Below, piece by piece: positions 26,378 through 38,400 of a stretch of 64,000 nucleotides of DNA (its first letter is position 1; every line of letters begins with the position of its first letter). Source of the DNA: Carcharhinus longimanus (Eukaryota); the NCBI GenBank assembly GCA_030264375.1, contig JASCQW010000119.1:10585346-10649345 (forward strand), read 5' to 3'. Both the position numbers and the translations under genes were made by a program. Under the pieces are notes generated by a model. The model worked only from the letters and a program-made list of their open reading frames with translations, did not search any database and was not told the DNA's origin.

Positions 26378-26680
26378 GGGCAGCGCAGTGCTTTGCACTG
26401 CTGCCTCACAGTGCCAAGCACACGCTTCAGTTCCTGCCTTGGGTGACTCTCTGTGTGGTGGTTGCACATTCTTCCTGTGTCACTGCGGGTTTCTACCGAA
26501 TGCTCCGATTTCCTCCCAAACTCCAACAATGCGAGAGTTAGGTTGATTGGCCATGCAAATTTGATACATAATGTCAGGAGATTAGCAGGGAAAATACGTG
26601 GAACAGGGCCTGGGTGGAATTGTGGTCGGTGCAGGCTAGATGGGTCGAAGGATGCCTTGCACTGAACGCGATGTTATCAA
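26378..26680 (+). mobile_element. tRNA-derived SINE
   Basis: gcagcgcagtgctttgcactgctgcctcacagtgcc head, ttgcacattcttcctgtgtc core, CR1-like tail. Confidence 0.8.
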
Positions 26681-26999
26681 GAATATTATATGAATGTTGC
26701 TATGGTAGCATTTTGGAAGAGTTGTCATTGTTCCTGCATAGTTCATGGGGTCAATTCATTCCTGGGGTGCCTGTCCAAGAATACCTGTTTGCTTAGGTTT
26801 CATTAGTAGTTTCCGATGCCAATTATAGGCCAAATAATTTCATACTAAGTGGATTGGTCATTCCTAATTATCAATTTGTGTACTAAGCTACTTCATTTAG
26901 GGTGATTCGTTAGATAAATGTGTAGAGGTGGTACGGGCCAATGTAAAAATGCTCTGCCAGCAAATTGGTAATCATGATCCATTTCTGCATAGCCATCAC

Positions 27000-28600
27000 A
27001 GATGTCGAGATATTAAATCGTTTACTCAATTTGTTTGTGTTATTTTAACAAATTTCTCAAAAATGGTTAAAGGATAATTGAAGTGGATGGCACATTTTGA
27101 CTTTCATGCAGCTTTTCCTTAAGAGCCCCGACCAGGAGTTTAAGTCACGAAATTAAAATAACTCGTGTATCGTCAATGACGTGGCGCTGAAATGCATTTT
27201 GGATTGGCGAACAAGAACAATTCAACGAGAACGTTAAAATGGATAATATTCGTGATGGAAGACTAAGGCTTGCGGAATAGAGCAAATTTAGGAACTTAGC
27301 CTTAGTGTTCACAATATCCGTCAATAATTTTGATCCGGCGACCAAATTGAACACTTATGAGCTTTAATACGTATTAATGTCTATTTCATTAGATATGTAA
27401 TGCAAGACAGATACATTTCAGTGATCAAGTAATAATCTAGGCGAAGGGTGCAGCACGCGTGGATAACTAAGGAACGTCATGCAGTATCAGTTGGGAAAAA
27501 TGTGCATTATTCCATACAAACGAAAGCAGAACAGAAAATAACATTTTAAAAAGGGCGAAAATGACAGCAGAGAAACAATGAGAGTGGTGAATCAATGATT
27601 GAAAAAAGGGGCCGGCAGATGGTATAAATCGGCACTTTGGTTCTGTCTGCAATCTAAATGCAACTCTCCACATAGAACTCTGTATCAGAATGTGAAAGGG
27701 AACGAAAAAAAAAACATTTAAAATCGCCTGGCTGATGTGACTCAAAAGATTATCTGAAAAGAAAAAGTTGTGACAATTGCACACTCTCTGCTGGATTCTA
27801 TCTTCCAGTCTCTAAGCATATACTCATTGAGGTAGTGATACTTTTTTAAAATGTTCCAAAAAGAACGGAATAATCACACAAAATTGCAATACTGTGGACA
27901 TGAAATCTCCGCAGCAAAGAAAAAAAAGAGCCAGAGATTTTGAAATTACATGACAGTTAACTTTTCACCTATCACTGTGAAATATTTGGATTATGTTATT
28001 GATCTGTTCAGAGCAGAATACTAACAGAATTAAAAAAAAACAGTCAGAGGCAATATGATTCAGTGAGATGTTAAATATGTTCTATCATTTTTGGGGGGCT
28101 TTAAATGAATTAATGAACAATTTTGAAAAATGAAGTCAATGAATCATATTGAAATAGATTAACATAAATCGTTAGCAAGATCCTGATCTTAAATAGAAGT
28201 GCAAAATAATATATCGCAGTGCAAGGGTAACATGCTTGAAATGGAGAAGTATTGTTCAGCTAACAGGAAAGAGTGATCAAGCAGAAACTGGTAATGCCTG
28301 TTTTCACATGATGACTTCAGGGGTCTATTGCAGGAATCTATGCTGAGCCTTGAAAGATGCACAATTTATTTGAATGATTTCATGAAGGGGTACAAAGTGT
28401 GTTGTTACATTCACGGACGAAAAAGCGACAGAGGGGAACCTAGTTTCGAAGAACTCGCATGTCTTCTTGAAAGGGACAAAAATGTTGAAATTGTTTGGCG
28501 AAGAAGAGAGATGGCATATACTTTGTGCAAATTTGCACTTGTCAACCTGTCAACAACAATATTTAGAGAACGGGCAGCTTCATTAAATGAAGAACTTTTC
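27000..28600 (+). mobile_element. Very old CR1-like fragments
   Basis: Scattered degenerate RT phrases (ttttgactttcatgcagcttttc, gcatttggattggcgaacaagaaca, tttatttgaatgattt). Confidence 0.35.
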
Positions 28601-28838
28601 TAAGATTCAGACTGCTATCAGTCAACAAATTTTATAAAATTGGACACACAATATGGAAGCAGACTAAAGTTACAGAGCCTCTCCACTAAAAATCACAAAG
28701 TAACAGACACCAATAAGCAGGCAAGACCATGCTTTTGGAATCCAAGTGAGGGCTAGCACAAAAGGGAAGCTGGACGGGATGGCACCTGCAGGAACTAAAT
28801 CCCCACCCCATCACAATCAGCATTTCTAAAACAGTCAA

Positions 28839-29269
28839 ACAACCCATGGAGACACCTAAAATTAGCATAGCTAAGGAAACGTTCCGGGCCCCTCAAACCT
28901 CTATTGAGATCAATGGCACATCTATGGTTCAAACCCCAGAGATTCGAGACCATTAATGACCAATCAGACAAAACGATTAACACACACTGAAAACAATTTC
29001 CTCAACACTTGCAAACACCGAGACAGGATGGCTAAGTTCGAATATTGTAAATAAAGTATTCGCATTTCAATCGCATACTGCACCGAAGTTCAGGTATAAT
29101 TATAGTCCGCTGCGATGGACCGTTCGAGCGCTTTCGGGACAATGTGATTGTATGTCCTGACTGTGCTTCTCCGTCGACGTAAAAGAAAATAAAGCTGTGC
29201 TGTTATTGAATTTCACCCTGAGTCCGTAGTGGTCGTTTCGCCCACTGGCGCTGATAAGACCTATGATAG
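28839..29269 (+). repeat. Segmental duplication block B, copy 1 (paralog 37033-37464)
   Basis: acaacccatggagacacctaaaattagcatagc ... gacctatgatag shared by both copies. Confidence 0.97.
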
Positions 29270-29271
29270 AA

Positions 29272-29544
29272 CGTAAGAACATAAGAAAAAGGAGCAGGAG
29301 TAGGCCATCTAGCCCTTCGAGCCTGCCCCGCCNNNNNNNNNNNNNNNNNNNNNNNNNNNNNNNNNNNNNNNNNNNNNNNNNNNNNNNNNNNNNNNNNNNN
29401 NNNNNNNNNNNNNNNNNNNNNNNNNNNNNNNNGAATGTGGAACTGAGCCACGACAGATCAGCCATGATCTTATTGAATGGCGGGGCAGGCTCGAAGGGCT
29501 AGTTGGCCTGCTCCTGCTCCTATTTCTTATGTTCTGATGTTCTT
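29272..29544. mobile_element. Two CR1 3' tails in inverted orientation around a 100-N gap
   Basis: taagaacataagaaaaaggagcaggagtaggcc...gcctgccccgcc on the left; ggcggggcaggctcgaagggct...cctatttcttatgttct on the right. Confidence 0.85.
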
Positions 29545-29829
29545 AAACGTTTCTTGGACTGGGGCCTCAATCGCAGATTGAATGTGAAACCGTTTGTGAT
29601 CGAGTTCACTGAAGGTTCATCAAAACACAACTGTGGAAGTTGGAGAACAACGAGAGTTAGTTGCAATACTCGAGTGGCGTTGGCTGGACTCCATCAATTC
29701 CTGATCATTTCTGGTTACATTTTTAATAATTTTGCCTCGAGAGGTTATACGTTGATAAAGTGCATTTTCTCTGGGAGCATTTCCCGTCGATTATATGTGA
29801 ACAATTTGTTTTGTTTGTTTTATCATCAG

Positions 29830-29865
29830 AACTGGATTCAATATCAGAAGAGCTGAGCAAGAAAG
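29830..29865 (+). CDS. 36-nt phase 1-1 micro-exon, (E)LDSISEELSKK
   Basis: ttttgtttgttttatcatcag|AACTGGATTC...AAGAAAG|gtgcga; same class as EIESLKKELQDL; retained in the duplicate. Confidence 0.65.
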
Positions 29866-31526
29866 GTGCGATGGAAGTACCAAAGGAAATGCTTTAAATG
29901 AAGACCCCGACTATATTCGCGAATGGGAAAGTGGACATAACATATTTCGATTGAAACTTTAATCACTACTTGAATCATGGAAACCTAAATCTACATATAT
30001 CGTTATACCAGAGTGACGGAGGATACCGATTAGCCTCGAGCAAAATTCTCACATGCAGGAATATGACAAATCACGACATTGTCTAATTAATATGTCGATA
30101 CTCTCGGTAAAAATGGATTACTTTCCCGCTGGTGGCTTGGAATAAAGACTAGCTATTAAATCCATATTCCAGATGTATTCTGAGTTATCATATTTTATTA
30201 TTTTGTTCAAGTACTGGCTTACCAAATACACAGCTTTTCCACTGAAATAATTGCCTTGCAGAAAAAGCTCGACGACCACTTTCACTTCTGAACTGCAACC
30301 TTCTTCATTTCTCATCCTGAAACTCCGAGTGCTGCTTTACTACAGCTGGTCTGCCAGTGGTGCTTTCCCATTCTCAGACTGTCCTGATTTTCTAGCCCTC
30401 ACTCAAAGTCAGTTTCTCGAATCCCTGCTGAGTCATGATGAACAGCGATCTGTGTGCGCGTCATGCGTAGAATGAGGATGACGTCTGACCGTCGAAACAA
30501 TACAAATGCTATATTTCCCATGTGGTAAATATATTCAAAATTGTGCGGACACCGCTGAGATTTTGGAAACATTGATCATTTGCCAATGCGAGTTTTCAGA
30601 ACAGTTGAGCGGTAGCAACATTAACGTGCATTCGGAATGACATGCAGGTAAATTCGACGAAGCTTGACATACTTTATCTCCTGATCACGCGTTTCACTAT
30701 ACGTTTGGAGTTCTGTATTTTGTAAAACCGATAGCGCATTCCCTTTTTTCTGTATTATTATCAATTAAACTTGAACATCCCCAGCTCCTGTCGAGAGATG
30801 CAATGTTCGCTGTATCATTAGCCCAACGATAGTCAAGTGAAATTACTACTTTCTACGAAGTCACGAAAAAAAACATCATATTTAAGTTGTTTGTTTTATG
30901 TTTGAACGAAACAAATTCAGCAGAATATCAGTCAATTTGCATGTGTTAACATGCGGCTACTCAAAACTCCTTCACTGTGGGATTGCATATGAGCAAATCC
31001 ATTGCTTAAGAATGGTTTCATTCCTCGTTAAACATTCAACACATAGCGAAGGAGTAGTCGGTATGAAGTTAAAATTGTAACAGAAACGGAAATCATACCA
31101 CGATTACACTGATGTGTGGGACTTGTACTAACTCACAGAAAGCGGCTGCAGACTCGATGATGTCCTCTCCTTTTCTAAAAGTGCTGTGAAGTATTGTATT
31201 TCAGAGTATTGCAATTGTAACTATTAAACATATATATTACTTGCTCCTTGGGTACATTGTTCATCTAGTTAAATAGGAATTACGCAAATAATGATGCATC
31301 CCTTATTTTAAATGGATTCACGTCTAATATCCCAATTCGCAATTTCCAAAACTGCTTATTACGTAAACATGAATTTCAACGATGTCTGAAACAGTGGCAA
31401 CAAATAATCAAGATCGACCAATTGATGACGTACATGGTATTAGAACGGTAATATACAATTTGAATAGTAAGATTTCCCGTTTTCTTTGTTTCAAATGTAC
31501 GCTACAGCATATTGCATTTTCAACAG

Positions 31527-31553
31527 ATAAACAGTTACGAGCAAGAAGTATTG
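31527..31553 (+). CDS. 27-nt phase 1-1 micro-exon, (D)KQLRARSI
   Basis: ttgcattttcaacag|ATAAACAGTTACGAGCAAGAAGTATTG|gtaaga. Confidence 0.7.
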
Positions 31554-32074
31554 GTAAGAGCCTACGATCGTTGATTGACTTGCAGGCTTATCTGCCAATG
31601 GATACTACAGTCAAGCGAAAACAATATACTTCCTTATTGGACAAGCAGACTGACTTTTAGGGGCACTGTTCAGTAAGAAATAATGCAAGCATAGCAAGGT
31701 ATCAGAAATATTTGTGAACAAACAGGCAACAAACAAACGAATAAAAACTCTCTTCTGCGTGGAATTGACGTCATTTTGCTGTAAATTTCGATTATTCGTA
31801 AAACATGAATTCTCCAATGCAAAAACAATCTCCTGTGATGTGAGATGAGATCAGAAAACTGAGCGAATTTTGTAATTAAACGTTTGCAGTTGTTTATGCA
31901 ATGTTAGAGTAGCCAAGCATTTGAAGCTGGCAATGCCTGCCGTGCCGTTGTGCATGTGATGGTTTGCTGGGGGAAATGCATCCTGCGCTATTAGGAAACA
32001 ACTGAGAAGATCTGTTATGAAACACGCAACACCACTACTGCAGTTCAGTCCAGTTGGACAGTTGGGCGACAAAG

Positions 32075-32415
32075 CAGCACATTATCAGCACTGCTTCCTC
32101 ACGTGCCAGAAATCAGTGTTCAATTCGGACACTGAGGTGACAATCTGGACTTTGCCTATTCTTCCTTTGTCTGTATGTGTTTTATCTGGATGCCCCGTTT
32201 TCGTCAAACAATCCAAACATTGGAGGATTAGGTGGAATACCCATGCAAAAATGCCCGCTACCGTCCATGGAACTGTGGGTTTGATGTATTAGCGAGGCGC
32301 ATGCGTGGAGTTCATAGGCAGGCTGGGCTTGCGCCTGGGTGAGATGATCTGTGGGAGAGAGGGTGCAGGCCTGATGAGGTAAATGCCTCTTTCAGCGCTG
32401 TAGCTGTTGTATGAT
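32075..32415 (+). mobile_element. Decayed SINE (5'-deleted paralog at about 51318-51600)
   Basis: agcacattatcagcactgcttcctcac head, ctttgcctattcttcctttgtctgtatg core, CR1-like tail. Confidence 0.6.
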
Positions 32416-33646
32416 GGTTTTACCATGTTATATCAAAGAAACGCAAGCCCTGATACCAAAAATATGTCAAGTGCTACAAAGATTAAGCCCTCTGGCCACA
32501 CTAACCAAATTGATTGAAATTTGAAACTTTTTTTCCATTCCATGTTCTTATATCATCATATTAGGTGTGTATTCTAAAGGACAACATTTCCTGCCAATAT
32601 CGAAATCAAGGATGACGATATTGTGAGAAGAGCTACGTGGGGAGACCAGACTGAAGTGGAGGATCATGCAGGTTGGCTCTCGATTTAGAAAAGGGCGAGA
32701 GAGAGATAGATTTGGGCCTACAATTGGTGTCAATGACCAGGCATAAACATGCAATGTTTCAAGAGAGAGTGCGGTACATGACACGGCAGGGGAAATTTGT
32801 ATGATAGGAATTACAGAGGATGAATAAACATGGAAACCGCGGTTGCTTGGGCTGGCCCACAATCATAATGCACCTAAAATCTGGAGCAAAAATGGAAAAT
32901 GCTGGGACACCCCAGCAGTTCTGGCAGCATCCGTGGAGAGAAAACAGAGTTAAAGGCTCGAGTCTGGAAGATCCTTTGACAACATTGCTTACTTTCCTTT
33001 TTCCTGAAATATATTAAAATGTACATATATATCTAAGACAAACAAGATATTCAGAAAAGGGATTTCTAATACTATCGGAGTCGAATGAATGCTGTGTAAA
33101 TTCAGAACGTTTTCAACAGCAATTACTGATACGTTTTGTTCCGTCGATACCGATTGAAATCGATTCATATGCATTTTTTCACAAATTCAGCTTTGTTTTA
33201 TCAATTCTCACGGCTGCAGCCGTGAGAATAAACAAAAATAAATATGTAATTACATAAGAATGTAGGCATTTACAGTCAGAGTGGGACGAAAGTAAAGAGT
33301 GGATTTGCGAACGTAAAACAAATTAACTTACGTGCTATTATTTAAACAATTAGACAAAATTAAGAATGCAATATTTAGATTTATTCAGCGATTGTTCCGT
33401 ACCACTAGCATTGTGGAATTATTTTTTAGACAGTATTTATCTTTTGATTTTTTTAAAATAAGAAATTCAGTAGCCAATGTTCTCCAAACAAAGATAATCA
33501 ATATTATGGCGAAATGGTAATCACAGTTTTTGAGATGCTGGTCAATAGAGGAATGTCGTCCTGGCTTGCACAATTCCGTTGATCATCCTCCCCCCAAATA
33601 TAACGCAAGTATAAACGGCAGAATAATTAATCATTTTTCTTTGCAG

Positions 33647-33688
33647 CTATTCAATCAGACGATTTGATAAATAAACTACAAGAGGCAG
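33647..33688 (+). CDS. 42-nt phase 1-1 micro-exon, (A)IQSDDLINKLQEA
   Basis: tttttctttgcag|CTATTCAA...GAGGCAG|gttagt; duplicate of 18384. Confidence 0.7.
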
Positions 33689-35010
33689 GTTAGTGGTAAC
33701 ACAACTTGGTTATGTTAAATTGGCACTAAATTGTTCCCGACTACATGTATTGTAACACAGATAAAGGAGGTGTGCTACAATGTTGTCTGCATTACAAGGT
33801 ACAAGTTATTAACACAGCTGAGAGTTATCTAACGAAGTTATAAATGTCCGGGTAAAAATGCTGGAAGTGACGTCCATAGTTTATGTTTTCATACAAATAG
33901 CAGCAGTACCAACATAATAGGGAATTTGATATTTCAATAAAATTATATCATAATTTAAAGCAGAATATTATAATACATGCATACTAATGAGCATAACATC
34001 CTTGATGGGAAGCATTTTTTAGACTATTCGAGGACATAACTAATCGTAACTTGGATTGTTTTTTGTTAGGAGATTGTGTGGAATGCAAATCGGCCAAATT
34101 ACGTTAATCATTATCTGTTTATGAGGTTGTGAAAAACGCTGAGTGCATGGACGGCCAGATCACGCAGGAGCCCACGGGACAATCAGAGTACATTTGAAGT
34201 CCAGGGAATATGAAAAGAGACAGCGGCGTGTGTGCGTCTTTGATTCTTTGACAGGTTAGATTTGCAACCGTGAACAGGGGCACTGGTGAAAAGGCGGCAT
34301 GTTCAACATTGCAGATGACAGACTGAAGAATTGTGAACTTTCAGACGACCGTTATTAAATAAGACAAAGGAACTGACCTGTAAAATTCTTAACGCAGCTG
34401 AAGTTAAATGGACTAAGCGATAACAAATGTTTTATGAAATAAGTCAACTGGCGAAGTAATGTGCCATCAATAAAAAAAAACATAATTCTCAATTTCGTGA
34501 GGCGTACAAACCTTTCCAGGTGACGTAGCGTTCCAATGAATTATTTAAATAAAAATGGTTGTTCAGGATTGTTTTGATTAGATCTTCAACGTACAATGGC
34601 AATGCAGACGTGTTGAGGCTTTTATTTTTGAAAATATTGATTCTTGATACGAATCATAGTGCATTGCCTGATATCCTGCATCCCACCAAATAATGATTAT
34701 TCAGACAACAGCTGAAAATTGGCGTTTGGTAATTCAGAACTTGACAATTGCCGAAATATGAAACATATTGAAGTTTTCGTCTAAAGACTTAATGGATGAT
34801 AGAGAAAGTTTGCAGAGCATATTCTAAACATGATGAGTGGATTCATTATTTTATATAAAGTGAAGTGTGTTTTACTTAATTGCCCAGACACAAGGGACTA
34901 CAACTTAATTTCCATTTAGCCAAAAGAGGGTAGTAATAATAATAAATAAATTATTGTGCCGCCACATGTATGTAATTTTCTATGGTCTGCCTCATTAATG
35001 TTTTTCACAG

Positions 35011-35037
35011 AAAGAAAACTAAAGCTGACAGAACAAG
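35011..35037 (+). CDS. 27-nt phase 1-1 micro-exon, (E)RKLKLTEQ
   Basis: Exact duplicate of 19737-19763 with both splice sites. Confidence 0.65.
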
Positions 35038-37032
35038 GTTAGCGCCGCAAAACAAATGCTACCCCTGGATATGTGAGCGTCATTTTCACATCAAGCAACC
35101 AAACACTTGTTTGAGTGGCACATTCATTCTGTACTTGTAGCACAAAATATGTCTTGATATTGAAAAGAAGATTCAAATCTTAGTATAATATTTAAACACT
35201 CTGCATTTACTTTTGGCAAACAACCGGACGTGTAATGCGCACGTATGTGGTCGACCTACACAGGCGTTAGGATCCAAATCGAATGCTGGGCACATTTCTG
35301 GTATTCTCATGCCCTGTTTAATGAAAATATACACGAATGTCTGAGTTTTCTTTGCTTTATTACGGCAAGGGCTAAATACGACACGAGTGATGCAGGAATA
35401 TTTACAATTTCGGGGCTATACATCGGCACGCAGTCTGTAGAAAGGTAGAAGAGGCTATGCTTCTGTTCTGCAGTCACTAAACAGCCAATTGTTGGCTAAA
35501 ATATCAAAAACATTATGACACTGTACGATATTTTCGGCTATGAAACAGTTGTTCATATTCCAGCAACAGCAGCGCTAGAAGCGCAGGATCATAGCCTCTT
35601 CCAAATTACGTTAACTGTTCTTTGTCCGCCAAAAGGATTTCACTCCGCAAAATTAACTGCGTAATATATTGCACGGACAGATGTTCAGAATGCATTTTGA
35701 GAGAGTTCATGATGTCAAATTATGTCCCTTTTTAGTTAGTTTGTCTGCGTTGCAGCAAACGTTTGTGTGGAAAATGGATATTGACAATTCATACTTCTTT
35801 AAATATATTTTTCTTGTTTTCAATGCATGTCAAATGCTTGCCAAACACCCTCCCTGCCAAAATGTCCTATCATTTGCGAACGACCATTTTTTTCTTCTTT
35901 TTATTTCTTGTTGCAATACAAATAGCAACGCCTTGACAATTTATACAAGAGATAGATCCTTACTAACACTTCTAAAGACCTGGCATTTCGTTCTTTTGAA
36001 GCAGTTCCAAAGACTTGATTTAGATTTATGCCAATATTCAGATTACTCAGGCAAATCAACTTTCCAGTCAAAGCCAAAGTAAAAATATTTGAACATTATT
36101 GCATCAAGCCGTTCCATTTGCTACCAATTCACATTTCGTTGCAAATCACATAAGTCCCTAAGCGTCCAAAATGTCGCAAACATTTTGGTGTATCAAATTC
36201 AATCTGTCGTTAATGCACGCACGCATTCCCTCTTCTTTACTGCACAATGGAGAAATTCCATATACGTTGGTACACCTTCGTGTTTTATGTCACAAACTTG
36301 CTATCCTTGTACAGATTAACGTATTATGTGCAAGTGTCTGGCAATTCAGCCTTCTGTTTCCCGCCCTTCTGAACTTTGCTTTGTCATTCCATCATTTACG
36401 ACGGTGTCAGGTTATACTTCACACACAACTTATTTTGTTCATTTGATTTTTTCTCCCATTTTCTCAGTACGAATACTCTTGATATGACGACAGCCAATGT
36501 TCCGACACGGAGGTTTGCACATCTGCCAATTTCACAAAAAAATGTATAACTTATAATTGCTGATTTTATGCCTTTTTTTCATTCTATGTCAATTTTGTAC
36601 TTTGTGATACTCTCTCAGTTTTTTTCCTATCCCAGAGAGTTGCCGTTTAATCGCCTATGTTACTCCAAGTCATAAATACATATCTCCATTGGAATACTTG
36701 TTCCTTGTCTTATCGTCACTAATTGTATATTCTTGAAATGGATCTTTCTGCAACAGAACAGTCTGGTGCAGCGTTTCACAATAAAGCAAAAGCAGCTTCA
36801 AAAAAAAAACTAATGCAATTGTCTTATCGGAAAGGAAATAAATCACTGGAATCAAGATGTTAGAAATAATGTTCATATGGTATATTATATGTATATATTT
36901 CTTTAAAAAACGAGTAGCTAACTCATTGCAATNNNNNNNNNNNNNNNNNNNNNNNNNNNNNNNNNNNNNNNNNNNNNNNNNNNNNNNNNNNNNNNNNNNN
37001 NNNNNNNNNNNNNNNNNNNNNNNNNNNNNNNN

Positions 37033-37464
37033 ACAACCCATGGAGACACCTAAAATTAGCATAGCTAAGGAAACGTTCCTGGCCCCTCAAACCTCTTTTG
37101 AGATCAATGGCACATCTATGGTTCAAACCCCAGAGATTCTAGACCAATTAATAACCAATCAGACGAAACAATTAACAAACACTTAAAACAATTTCCTCAA
37201 CACTTGAAAACATCGAGACAGGACGGCTAAGGTCGAATACTGTAATCGAAGAATCAACATTTGAATCGCATACTGTACCGAAGTTCAGGTATTACTATAG
37301 CCCGCTGCGAGGGACCGTCAGAGCGAATTCGGGACAGTGTGATTGTATGTCCTGACTGTGCTTCTCGGTCGACGTAAAAGAAAATAAAGCGGTGCCGTTA
37401 TTGAACTTCACCCTGAGTCCGTAATGGTCGTTTCGCCCACTGGCGCTGACAAGACCTATGATAG
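37033..37464 (+). repeat. Segmental duplication block B, copy 2
   Basis: Paralog of 28839-29269. Confidence 0.97.
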
Positions 37465-37700
37465 GTTTGGAGCCTTGGTCCATGAACCAGAAATATATAA
37501 ATATATATGTATGTTTTGCAGAAACACAAAGCGATTCGGAGGGCAGTTGCAACAATGTTATTTCCTGGGAATTGTCATGCTCATCAAATATACTGTACAT
37601 TTTACCCGTATTTGCACAGTGCATTTGGGTGAATACATCTGGAGTGCAGAACCTTGGGCACTTGACCGAAGAAAACCTTCAATCATGTGATGCAGTTCAT
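37295..37700 (-). mobile_element. Possible Crypton/DUF3504 tyrosine-recombinase remnant (partial duplicate at 29100-29269)
   Basis: DHYGLRVKFNNGTALFSFTSTEKHSQDIQSHCPEFAL resembles NHSLRAT..TxLF....EK.IQ...GH.S..AL; frame open in both duplicated copies. Confidence 0.35.
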
Positions 37701-38373
37701 ACAAGGCTATTGGACGGATAGTTAAACCGGTTTTGTCATCTTACCTATAAACATTGACCAAACAGGATGGGATACTTTGCAAATATAAAGGATGAAAAGT
37801 AAACATACTGAAAAATGTATGACTCTCAGGTAAATTAAGTGGGTGGATGATTCAAGCTCCTCCTGTCGGAGCAACGTAAATAAGTAGTTAAAATAAAAAA
37901 AAGCCCGCCATTATTGAGAAATTAAAAGTTTTCTTTGTTGCTGTCCATAAGTTAAGTCTGCAACATTAAACATATAGGCTGCAGCATAAAGTCATATGAT
38001 CAGTAAATCAAATTATTTAAGGTGCATGCGGGTTGTGGTGTTGCGATCACAGTCTGATCAATCACGGAAATGTTGCATTTGCGGAACAGCCTGGACAGAT
38101 CGAAAGCTCTACTTTTACCTCGTATTCATGTGGTCGTAATCATAAATCACATAGTTAGTGTCGCTAAACACCTTGCCCAGCAACAGGCAGCTATTTGCAA
38201 CAATAGAATTAATTGTTACCACAAAGAATTTTGGCACGCATGGGAATTCAACCACTGGATCTTGGCTGCGTTTTGAATTGACTTGAATGTCATAAGAACG
38301 AACTGAAAAATAAACTGCGACGAATGGTTTCAGATTCCATTAAAATAATTAATTGAATTGTTGTTGTTCCCAG

Positions 38374-38400
38374 AAAAAAGGTTAAAAGATAAAGTGAAAG
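38374..38400 (+). CDS. 27-nt phase 1-1 micro-exon, (E)KRLKDKVK
   Basis: ttgttgttgttcccag|AAAAAAGGTTAAAAGATAAAGTGAAAG|gtctgt; paralog of the 48710 exon. Confidence 0.65.

Larger units (their letters stand above)
29545..33207 (+). repeat. Segmental duplication block C, copy 1 (paralog 49252-52404)
   Basis: aaacgtttcttggactggggcctcaatcgcag ... ttttatcaattc colinear; 31621-32137 is absent from copy 2. Confidence 0.97.
33213..36931 (+). repeat. Segmental duplication block A, copy 2
   Basis: Paralog of 17958-21626; ends at the 36933 gap. Confidence 0.97.
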
